From Clostridia bacterium (lineage in GTDB: Bacteria > Bacillota > Clostridia > TANB77 > CAG-465), in the NCBI GenBank assembly GCA_045538335.1, contig JAZSRF010000082.1, positions 1 to 57,525 of the forward strand: a stretch of 57,525 nucleotides of DNA, in the 5' to 3' direction. This document shows positions 1 through 7,021 of the stretch, piece after piece (the stretch's first letter is position 1; each line of letters begins with the position of its first letter). A model generated the notes under the pieces. It had not been told where the DNA came from. It saw nothing but the letters and a program-made list of their open reading frames with translations, and ran no database searches. The translations under genes were made by a program, and so were the position numbers.

Positions 1-7
1 TTTGCTC

Positions 8-55
8 AAAAAAAGACAAGACAGCATACATATTTTGTATGCTTATCTTGTCTTT
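8..55 (-). terminator. Intrinsic terminator-like hairpin downstream (minus strand) of element copy 1
   Basis: Stems AAAGACAAG(12..20)/CTTGTCTTT(47..55) and GCATACA(24..30)/TGTATGC(36..42). On the minus strand a U7 run follows (complement of the A-run 8..14). Confidence 0.55.
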
Positions 56-101
56 ATTTTTGCTATTTTTTGAGTACGAAAAACGCCACTACTTTGTAGT
101 G

Positions 102-173
102 TTAATTTACATAAAAGTTGTGTGTGTGTGTGTGTGTGTGTGTTACAGCCTCAAGGCTTCTAGCGTTTCTCAT
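102..173 (-). CDS. Candidate leader mini-ORF, 23 codons: MRNARSLEAV(TH)4NFYVN
   Basis: AAGGAG-N9-ATG(173). The frame passes through (CA)12 and stops at TAA 102..104. Hypothetical, with no homology support. Confidence 0.3.
   Translation of the reverse strand: MRNARSLEAVTHTHTHTHNFYVN
119..142. repeat. (TG)12 dinucleotide microsatellite
   Basis: Counted directly: 12 uninterrupted TG units. Confidence 0.97.
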
Positions 174-242
174 TTGTTTTTGCTCCTTCTTTATACAATT
201 ATATTACATTAAGTCTCATTAAAAATCAACTGTATTTATCTT

Positions 243-896
243 TTATTTTAATACTTTTTCTACACATTTATATATGATTTCAGAAGATATATCTGCTGCT
301 TGTTTTTCTTTATAATCATTTCCATCAGCAAAATCTGAAATAGTCCTTATTGTAATAAATGGAATGTTGTTTTTTCTTGCCACATGTGCAATTGATGCAC
401 TTTCCATATCTACTACTGTAGCACCTGTTCTATCTACTATATTTTTTGCAGTTTCAGCATCTGTTACATAGCAGTCTCCACTACAAATTGGTGTTTCTAC
501 ATAATGTACATTTTCTATACTACCTGCAGTCTCTTTAAATAATTTTCTTAGTCTTTCATCTACAATTATATTCCCTTCATCTGGTACACTATATCTCATT
601 ACTCTTTCTGGCAAAAAGTCGTGATAAGTAACATGTGGTGGAATTATAACATCCAAGACATTTAAATCATTTGTTAGGCTTCCTGCACAGCCAGAGCTTA
701 TTATTACATCCACATTATATTTATCTGTTAAATGCTGTGTAAGCATAGCAGAATTAACTTTACCTATTCCACTTCCTGCAATAACAACATTACCTTTAAC
801 ATATATTTTTCTCTTATCATCTACAAGCTCCGGATTATATAATTCCAAGTACCTTTCTATTTCTTTATCCATTGCTCCAATTATTGCTACTTTCAT
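243..896 (-). CDS. mtnN: 5'-methylthioadenosine/S-adenosylhomocysteine nucleosidase
   Basis: 217-aa ORF with PNP/UDP-phosphorylase-fold motifs (GSGIGKVNSA, SSGCAGSL, VDMESASIAHV, IRTISDFAD). ATGA start/stop overlap with the upstream ORF. Confidence 0.85.
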   Translation of the reverse strand: MKVAIIGAMDKEIERYLELYNPELVDDKRKIYVKGNVVIAGSGIGKVNSAMLTQHLTDKYNVDVIISSGCAGSLTNDLNVLDVIIPPHVTYHDFLPERVMRYSVPDEGNIIVDERLRKLFKETAGSIENVHYVETPICSGDCYVTDAETAKNIVDRTGATVVDMESASIAHVARKNNIPFITIRTISDFADGNDYKEKQAADISSEIIYKCVEKVLK

Positions 897-1234
897 TCTT
901 CCTCCTTAAATGTTACAAATACATCTCCGTTTTCTACTGTTATATCGTATTTATTAAGTTCCTGTTCATCTGATCCGTTTTTTATCATACGCGCCCTTAC
1001 TTCCTCGGCAGTAATTTCTCTTCTTATACCTTGAGATAAATTATCTAAATATATATTAGCATAAGCTATATTTGCTAGTTGTTCAAAATTTTTCAAATTC
1101 ATATCCTGTACAACAGTTTCTGCTTTATCTATTATTCCTGTGTTTTCTATACTTGCAATTGTAACACCAGTAACAATTATTAATACTACAACTGTAATTA
1201 CCAGCGTTATTAAACTCATTCCTTCTTTTTTCAT
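893..1234 (-). CDS. Small membrane-anchored protein with a pilin-like N-terminus; stand-alone paralog of the N-terminal module of the 7022..8503 product
   Basis: KKEG-MSLITLVITVVVLIIV hydrophobic segment. About 110 aa align with residues 6-110 of the 493-aa protein (NTGIIDKAE/NSGIINRAGE, ANIAYANIY/AQLGWANAY, KYDITV/KYEIKV). Confidence 0.55.
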   Translation of the reverse strand: MKKEGMSLITLVITVVVLIIVTGVTIASIENTGIIDKAETVVQDMNLKNFEQLANIAYANIYLDNLSQGIRREITAEEVRARMIKNGSDEQELNKYDITVENGDVFVTFKEEE

Positions 1235-1304
1235 AAACTACCTCTTTATTATATAAATAGTTTATATAATTTAAGTATAAAATGCAAGTAATTTATAAAA
1301 AAGG

Positions 1305-1338
1305 CATAGAAAAAGCACCTCAAATTTGAAGTGCTTTT
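1305..1338 (-). terminator. Intrinsic terminator after the Cys-rich gene pair
   Basis: Stem 1311..1321/1328..1338. The single + strand mismatch is a G.U pair on the minus-strand RNA. A U-rich tail follows on the minus strand. Confidence 0.6.
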
Positions 1339-1345
1339 TTCCTTG

Positions 1346-1678
1346 TTATTTGTCTTCTTCTATATAATGAGGACAAATTTTAGTTCCTGTACTAAATGTA
1401 TGTTGTCTGTACAAGCAATTCGGATTCGGAGCTCTTACGCAATCTGTTTCGCAGTACCAAAGCTCTACTTTTGTATCTGTACCAGTTTCTGCATAAGCAA
1501 TCAGCTTGCGAACAGCATCTAAAAAATCTTCAGCATCTACGCCACTTCTACCTAAAAGTAAAATGTTTTCGTTTGCCATCGAGATGTTTTTCAAAACCGC
1601 ACGTGCTTTAATTGCTGCTTCTTTGCTTCCACCTTCAATACAGTTACTTTCCTTAATAATCTGATTGATATTTTCCAT
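1346..1678 (-). CDS. Cys-rich small protein (110 aa), paralog B, unknown function
   Basis: Start moved to MENINQ (GAGGAG SD upstream). Shares C-[IV]-EGG, Y-C-x-x-x-C, C-P-[FH]-Y and a Glu-rich tail with the upstream ORF. Confidence 0.6.
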   Translation of the reverse strand: MENINQIIKESNCIEGGSKEAAIKARAVLKNISMANENILLLGRSGVDAEDFLDAVRKLIAYAETGTDTKVELWYCETDCVRAPNPNCLYRQHTFSTGTKICPHYIEEDK

Positions 1679-1694
1679 AAAACTACTCCTCAAA

Positions 1695-2021
1695 TTACTC
1701 TTCATAAAATGGACAACGTTTGGTCGCTTTATCTGAAACCATACAGTCACCTGGACAAGGCTTCATTTTGAAATGTTTACAACTCATATCACAGTCATAA
1801 AGTTCTACATGCTCATCCGGACGTTTACTTGCAAATGTCATAAGAACCTTTACTGCTTCTACAAACTCCGAAACATTTACTCCATCTGTTAAGATAATTA
1901 ACTTGTGCCCACCATCGAAGGAGTTCAAAATTACTTCCCGGGCTTTGAGGTATGCTTCATATGTGCCGCCCTCAACGCAGCCGTTATTTTTAATAACGTC
2001 ATAAATATTGTTGGTTTCCAT
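1695..2021 (-). CDS. Cys-rich small protein (108 aa), paralog A, unknown function
   Basis: AGGAGG SD. NGCVEGG...YDCDMSC...KPCPGDC...RCPFYEE. GC-richer than its neighbours. Confidence 0.6.
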   Translation of the reverse strand: METNNIYDVIKNNGCVEGGTYEAYLKAREVILNSFDGGHKLIILTDGVNVSEFVEAVKVLMTFASKRPDEHVELYDCDMSCKHFKMKPCPGDCMVSDKATKRCPFYEE

Positions 2022-2071
2022 ATTATCCTCCTATAATAATTACTAATGGATTGGTTTTTATTCGCAAAGAT

Positions 2072-2100
2072 ATTATACCACAGTTACAATATTATGTCAA
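2072..2100 (-). promoter_or_regulatory. Consensus sigma-A-type promoter for the Cys-rich pair
   Basis: Minus strand TTGACA(2100..2095)-17 nt-TATAAT(2077..2072), with TGg extended -10. Confidence 0.6.
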
Positions 2101-2127
2101 TTCGTCGTTTTAATACCCAATGTTTAA

Positions 2128-2165
2128 AGGTAAAAAGCACAGGTCTACAGAAATCCTATGCTTTT
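2128..2165 (-). terminator. Terminator after spoIVB
   Basis: Hairpin 2133..2143/2155..2165. It has one G.U pair only on the minus-strand RNA and is flanked by a U-run. Confidence 0.5.
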
Positions 2166-2193
2166 ATATTATATTTTATTTATACATAATTAA

Positions 2194-3255
2194 TTATTCA
2201 ATAGTCATCATATCTTGTATCATATTTTCTATAAATACTGCATAGCCTTTTGTTGGGTCATTTAAGAATACGTGAGTTACAGCTCCTACTAGTTTCCCAT
2301 CTTGTACTATAGGGCTACCACTCATTCCTTGAACTATACCACCTGTTTTTTCAAGCAGCTCTTTATCTGTCACCTCTATTATCATATTCTTGTTTGTACT
2401 CACTGTATCTAATACATTTTTAATTTCAATATCATATGCTTTAGTTTCATTATCTTCTAAAGTACAATATATCTTAGCTTCACCTGTTTTTATTTCATTT
2501 TTATATGCTGCTTTTATTACATTCTTCTGGTTTAATATTTGTGTGTTTTCCAAACTACCATATATACCATTTATTGTGTTTTTTCTAATCTGCCCATACA
2601 CATCTTTATATATTGTTCCTCTAATATCTCCTGGTTCTTTAGGAAGACCTTTGTTTATAGAAGTAATTTTAGATTTAACTATCGCCCCACTTTGTATTGG
2701 AAGTACTATATTTTTACTAGTTTCTGTTATTCCATGACCAAGAGCAGCAAAATACTTTTTAGTTAATTCATAAAATGTAACCATGCCAACCCCAGCACTA
2801 CTGTCTTTTACCCAAAGTCCTAATTCATATTTTCCACTTTCATCATTTAATTTAGGAATAACTTTTACCTTTTTTGTTTTATTATTACTTTGTACAGTAA
2901 GTGTAATTTCTTTTCCTTTTACATCTTCTTTATTTATATACTCTATAAGCTCCCTATTACTATCTATAGGTACACCGTCTACCTCAAGTATTATGTCTGA
3001 AACATTTAAATCTATGTCTTTGTTATCCACTTCCACTACTAAAACACCTGTGGCAAGAAGCTTTATTCCACAGGCTTCACCGCCTAGCACAAACTCTAAA
3101 TCCTTAATATCTTTTTCAAATATAACTTTATTTGCTAACACTTCGCTTGACTCAATATACTGTAATCCTATATATATTACTATGAGAAGTATTAATATTA
3201 CAAAAAGTAGTTTAGTTCTTTTTTTGTCTCTAAATTTTATATACTTAACATCCAC
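2194..3255 (-). CDS. spoIVB: Stage IV sporulation protein B (SpoIVB, S55 serine peptidase with PDZ domain)
   Basis: N-terminal TM, PDZ-like region, and C-terminal GIVQGMSGSPIVQDGKLVGAVTHVF catalytic block. Confidence 0.85.
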   Translation of the reverse strand: MDVKYIKFRDKKRTKLLFVILILLIVIYIGLQYIESSEVLANKVIFEKDIKDLEFVLGGEACGIKLLATGVLVVEVDNKDIDLNVSDIILEVDGVPIDSNRELIEYINKEDVKGKEITLTVQSNNKTKKVKVIPKLNDESGKYELGLWVKDSSAGVGMVTFYELTKKYFAALGHGITETSKNIVLPIQSGAIVKSKITSINKGLPKEPGDIRGTIYKDVYGQIRKNTINGIYGSLENTQILNQKNVIKAAYKNEIKTGEAKIYCTLEDNETKAYDIEIKNVLDTVSTNKNMIIEVTDKELLEKTGGIVQGMSGSPIVQDGKLVGAVTHVFLNDPTKGYAVFIENMIQDMMTIE

Positions 3256-3262
3256 TGTTATC

Positions 3263-3628
3263 TCACCTAATATTTACTCCGATAACTCCACCAACCATAC
3301 CACTTACAGTTGTCATTAAAAGGTATAATCCTACTGCTTTATTTACAAAAAAACCAGTATAAAGTATTGCTGTAAGTAAATATATTATTAAGAAATAGAT
3401 TATGCCAAATATTAAGCCTACAAGCAGCCCTCTTCTTTTAAGTTTTCTACTTGTTAATGTACTTCCTATTAGATTTGTAATCACTATTATTACAAACACA
3501 AATATATTTATTAAGCTATCGTTTATGTTAGTATATGCAAAAATAACAGAGCTTACACCAAGAAGTACAATTGCAATTATATATGACAAAATTAGAAATT
3601 TTGTATATTGTTTTATATTTTCCATCAA
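3263..3628 (-). CDS. Small integral membrane protein (4 predicted TM segments)
   Basis: 121-aa hydrophobic ORF immediately upstream of spoIVB on the same strand. Confidence 0.5.
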   Translation of the reverse strand: MMENIKQYTKFLILSYIIAIVLLGVSSVIFAYTNINDSLINIFVFVIIVITNLIGSTLTSRKLKRRGLLVGLIFGIIYFLIIYLLTAILYTGFFVNKAVGLYLLMTTVSGMVGGVIGVNIR

Positions 3629-3746
3629 ACCACACTCCTATTTAATAAATAATATGAGATGATAAAAATATTATTACAATTGTTTTATTCTGATTTATAA
3701 ATAAGGTAACTTTAAGATTACTATTTGATTAAAAAATTAGAACTTA

Positions 3747-4037
3747 TTAAAATAATTTTGCTTTCCGATTAAAAATATGTAAAAGAAAAACTTGAAGTGA
3801 TGTTTTATCTACATCATATACAATTACATAATTTGCAACAGTTAATTTACATAAATTACTATTTTCAAATTTAGAATGTCTTTCAGGAAAATAAGATAAA
3901 GAAAATGCTGATTTAATGATTAAATTATATGTATTGAATGCTACTATAGGAGATTTGAGGAAGAAAAATATATGATAGAAAATATTTAATAGTTCTTCCT
4001 CAAATTTTTTAGATATATTTATTTTGTATTTTTCCAT
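3747..4037 (-). CDS. Type II toxin, RelE/ParE superfamily
   Basis: 96 aa. FPERH...KLTVANYVIVYDVD...VFLLHIFNRK pattern. Overlaps the upstream antitoxin ORF by 29 nt. Confidence 0.6.
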   Translation of the reverse strand: MEKYKINISKKFEEELLNIFYHIFFFLKSPIVAFNTYNLIIKSAFSLSYFPERHSKFENSNLCKLTVANYVIVYDVDKTSLQVFLLHIFNRKAKLF

Positions 4038-4380
4038 TTATATTATATTTTTCCTCCATTTCTGCGCAAAAGTCCTCAAGCGGACGATAACGTCCCTTTT
4101 CAATATCTTTTAATGCTTGGTCTATTTTTTCAAATACTGCTTTTTGAAAATCTTCAAAATTTTCATAACGCGCGTTAAAATGTTTAGCAACCAACCTATC
4201 TATTCTCACATCATCTGTTTCTCCATTATTAATCAACTCGTCATATGCTTCATTGCTTAATATAACCAAGTCATTTGCACCATTTTTAGTTATGTACATT
4301 GCTTCTTTTGTTTCGTGACAAATTTTAGAAATTTCGTTATAATTATTTCTTAAATCTGCACAAGGCCTTATTAATGCCAT
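4009..4380 (-). CDS. Type II antitoxin, Phd/YefM family
   Basis: N-terminal RPCADLRNNYNEISKICHETKEAMYITKNGANDLVILSNEAYDEL is typical of Phd/YefM. Confidence 0.65.
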   Translation of the reverse strand: MALIRPCADLRNNYNEISKICHETKEAMYITKNGANDLVILSNEAYDELINNGETDDVRIDRLVAKHFNARYENFEDFQKAVFEKIDQALKDIEKGRYRPLEDFCAEMEEKYNINGKIQNKYI

Positions 4381-4477
4381 AAAAACACCTCCAACTTTAC
4401 ATAGTCAAATTATATCATAATTACAATATGCCTGTAAGAAAATTCTTATAATTACATATTTTCCCACAGACATATTC

Positions 4478-6535
4478 TTACGTTCCAATATTTAATAATT
4501 GTTCGTTATATCTTCCAAACAATTCTTGTTTTAGTACTTTATTTTCAGCTAGTTTAAATTCAGGGTCGCTATTTATTATTTCTTTTGCAGCATCATTAGA
4601 AAGTTTTAATAGTTTAACATCAGTAAGTAAATTAGCAAGCTTAAATTCTGGTAGGCCATGTTGTCTTATTCCAAAGAAATCTCCCGGTCCACGAAGCTCT
4701 AGATCTTTTTCTGCTATTTCAAATCCATTATTAGATTTAACCATTATACCCAAACGTTCTCTGCATTTCTGAGACATGTTTTTTGTCTTAAGTATACAGA
4801 AAGATTCAAATGTACTTCTTCCAACTCTTCCTCTTAACTGATGAAGTGTAGCAAGACCAAATCTGTCTGCATCTTCTATTATCATAAGAGTTGCATTTGG
4901 AACATTCACCCCTACTTCTATTACAGTTGTGGATACAATAATTTGTGTTTTACCAGCTTTAAACGATTCCATTACCTCTTCTTTTTCTTTTTTCTTCATT
5001 TTGCCGTGTAAGAAACCAACCTCATATTCTGGAAATATCTCATTTTTGTATTTTTCATAAAGATTTGTTGCATCTGTTAAATCTAATTCTTCATTTTCTT
5101 CTATTAAAGGACATACAATATATGCTTGCCTGCCTTTATCTATTTCTTTACGAATAAAGTTATCTACTCTTTCCTCAAGTTTCTCATTTACCACATATGT
5201 TTTTATTGGTATTCTTCCTTTTGGAAGTTCATCAATAATACTCATGTCTAAGTCAGAATATACCATTAATGCAAGAGTTCTTGGGATTGGCGTTGCAGTC
5301 ATAACAAGCACATCCGTATTTTCACCTTTTGCGTTTAACTTCATTCTTTGTTTTACACCAAACCTATGTTGCTCGTCTGTTATAATTAAGCCCGCATTTT
5401 TAAATTCTACATTGTCTGTAACCAAAGCATTAGTTCCTATTAAAACATCAATTTCTCCCGTCTTTAATTTTTCTAAAATAATCTCCTTATTCTTTTTAGT
5501 AGTGCTACCCGTTAAAAGTTCTACTGTCATATTGAATTTAGAGAAATATTTTTTCAATTCTTCATAATGCTGTTTTGCAAGTATTGTTGTTGGTGCCATA
5601 AGTGCTGTTTGGTATCCGTTTTTTACAGCTACATACATAGCGGTTGCAGCAACTATGGTTTTACCACTACCAACGTCTCCTTGAACAAGTCTATTCATAG
5701 ACCTTGACGATGCCATATCTTTCATTATTTCATCAAGTACCTTTGCTTGGGCAGAAGTTAATTCAAAAGGAAGTATTTCTAAAAATTCATCATAACACGT
5801 ATCTTTAAATTCTATTCCTTTCTTTTCAGAAAAGTTTTGGTTACGCATAACAAGAAGTGCTAGTTGAAGCATAAATAGTTCTTCAAATATTAGTCTTTTA
5901 CGTGCCTCACTTATTGCTTCTAAACTAGAAGGTCTATGTATTTGTTCTAGTGCATAATTTATCTCACACAAACCATATTTTTTTCTGAGCTCTGTAGATA
6001 ATACCTCTGGCAAGGCATATTTTTTATCTAGCAGTTCAGATATAATTTTTGCAATATTGCCATTCTTAAGTCCTGCTGTTAAAGGATAAATTGGATACAG
6101 ACCTTTTATCTTGTCTATTTTTTCAACTTCAATAATTACTGGATTTACAATTTCAAAGTGCCCTTTGTTATCCTCCACTTTACCATAAAAAGCAAATTCT
6201 TTATCTATTTCTAATTTATCATTCATATACGCTTGGTTAAAAATGCTTACTTGTACCCTTGCTGTATTATCCGTAACGTAGAAATATGTTAAACTAAAAC
6301 CTCTACCTTTTCTTCTTGTTTGTGGTCTTGTACATATCTTAGCTACAAATACCACATTTTCACCAGCTATAAAATCTTGTATTTTCTTAATATTATTTCT
6401 ATCTTCATATTCTCTAGGAAAATGTGTTAGCAAATCATAGATAGTATGTATTCCTAGCTTTTCAAAGTGTTTTGCCCTAGTAGGACCAACACCTTTTAAA
6501 TATTGTACATTCTCATCTAACATTAATGATTTCAT
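4478..6535 (-). CDS. recG: ATP-dependent DNA helicase RecG
   Basis: 685 aa. Wedge/OB N-domain, SF2 helicase motifs (GDVGSGKT, DEQHRFG, TATPIPRT) and QLRGRVGR. Confidence 0.95.
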   Translation of the reverse strand: MKSLMLDENVQYLKGVGPTRAKHFEKLGIHTIYDLLTHFPREYEDRNNIKKIQDFIAGENVVFVAKICTRPQTRRKGRGFSLTYFYVTDNTARVQVSIFNQAYMNDKLEIDKEFAFYGKVEDNKGHFEIVNPVIIEVEKIDKIKGLYPIYPLTAGLKNGNIAKIISELLDKKYALPEVLSTELRKKYGLCEINYALEQIHRPSSLEAISEARKRLIFEELFMLQLALLVMRNQNFSEKKGIEFKDTCYDEFLEILPFELTSAQAKVLDEIMKDMASSRSMNRLVQGDVGSGKTIVAATAMYVAVKNGYQTALMAPTTILAKQHYEELKKYFSKFNMTVELLTGSTTKKNKEIILEKLKTGEIDVLIGTNALVTDNVEFKNAGLIITDEQHRFGVKQRMKLNAKGENTDVLVMTATPIPRTLALMVYSDLDMSIIDELPKGRIPIKTYVVNEKLEERVDNFIRKEIDKGRQAYIVCPLIEENEELDLTDATNLYEKYKNEIFPEYEVGFLHGKMKKKEKEEVMESFKAGKTQIIVSTTVIEVGVNVPNATLMIIEDADRFGLATLHQLRGRVGRSTFESFCILKTKNMSQKCRERLGIMVKSNNGFEIAEKDLELRGPGDFFGIRQHGLPEFKLANLLTDVKLLKLSNDAAKEIINSDPEFKLAENKVLKQELFGRYNEQLLNIGT

Positions 6536-6633
6536 ATAATCACCAGTGAAAGTATATCACGAAGATAATATGTTGTCAAGAAATATATAAACATTTGTTT
6601 GCTTTTTGTGCGGATAAAATATATCTTTACCAC

Positions 6634-6858
6634 TTAACTCATGTTATATATTTTAAATGTAACAAATACTAATACTATTCCACAATTATGCAAATCTTTC
6701 ATTACTTCTGTTTTCTTAAATCCTTTTTGTTTGTGCGTATAATCTACAGTTGTGTCTAAATTATAGGACGTTAATACAATATAAAATGCTCCTATTTCAA
6801 ATATACATATTGTGTTTTCATTATCTTCAAATACTTTATTAAACAATTCATAATACAT
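6634..6858 (-). CDS. Hypothetical 74-aa protein
   Basis: AGGAG-N7-ATG. No recognisable motif. Confidence 0.4.
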   Translation of the reverse strand: MYYELFNKVFEDNENTICIFEIGAFYIVLTSYNLDTTVDYTHKQKGFKKTEVMKDLHNCGIVLVFVTFKIYNMS

Positions 6859-7021
6859 AAAAAAACTCCTAGTAGAAGTACAGTAAACATAAAACTAAAT
6901 GTTTTTATGTATCACCATACTCTACTAAGAGTATACTCCTCTCCGTAATACGCTTTATCCTAAGCTTACCTCGCTACCATCTGCGCATACGTCCATTTAC
7001 TTGCACCGCTAGTGGCCAACG

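Larger units (their letters stand above)
70..198 (-). repeat. Copy 1 of a ~130-nt duplicated intergenic element (SD, mini-ORF and (CA)12 when read on the minus strand)
   Basis: Near-identical to 8581..8708: shared AAAAACGCCAC, GTAGTGTTAATTTACATAAAAGT-(TG)n-TTACAG, CAAGGCTTCTAGCGTTT and CTTTATACA blocks. The copies differ mainly in TG number. Confidence 0.85.

Noticed and set aside
119-142. The (TG)n tracts as spacer between -35 and -10 boxes (classical promoter-spacing phase variation), or as CRISPR-like repeats.
   Set aside because: I found no credible -35/-10 hexamers flanking the tract at a workable distance on either strand. The tract lies inside a mini-ORF downstream of an SD instead. 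There are only two copies and no spacer-repeat structure, so this is not a CRISPR array.
1331-1611. Plus-strand ORFs 1331..1522 and 1396..1611.
   Set aside because: They are antisense to the Cys-rich paralog, which has an SD, a terminator and a paralog supporting it.
2783-3319. Long plus-strand ORFs antisense to real genes. Examples: 2783..3319, 10454..10864, 13683..14087, 20163..20495, 36868..37368, 46499..46960. On the minus strand: 21925..22386 and 32858..33304.
   Set aside because: These are low-complexity Ser/Leu/Phe/Ile-rich translations lacking SDs, and each lies fully inside a well-supported gene on the opposite strand. They are shadow ORFs typical of AT-rich genomes.
6634-6858. The small ORF downstream of the CLec gene as a DGR accessory protein (Avd).
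   Set aside because: It is 74 aa and rich in hydrophobic/beta-type residues, not the ~120-aa basic four-helix-bundle pattern of Avd. No TR or RT follows it (recG is next).
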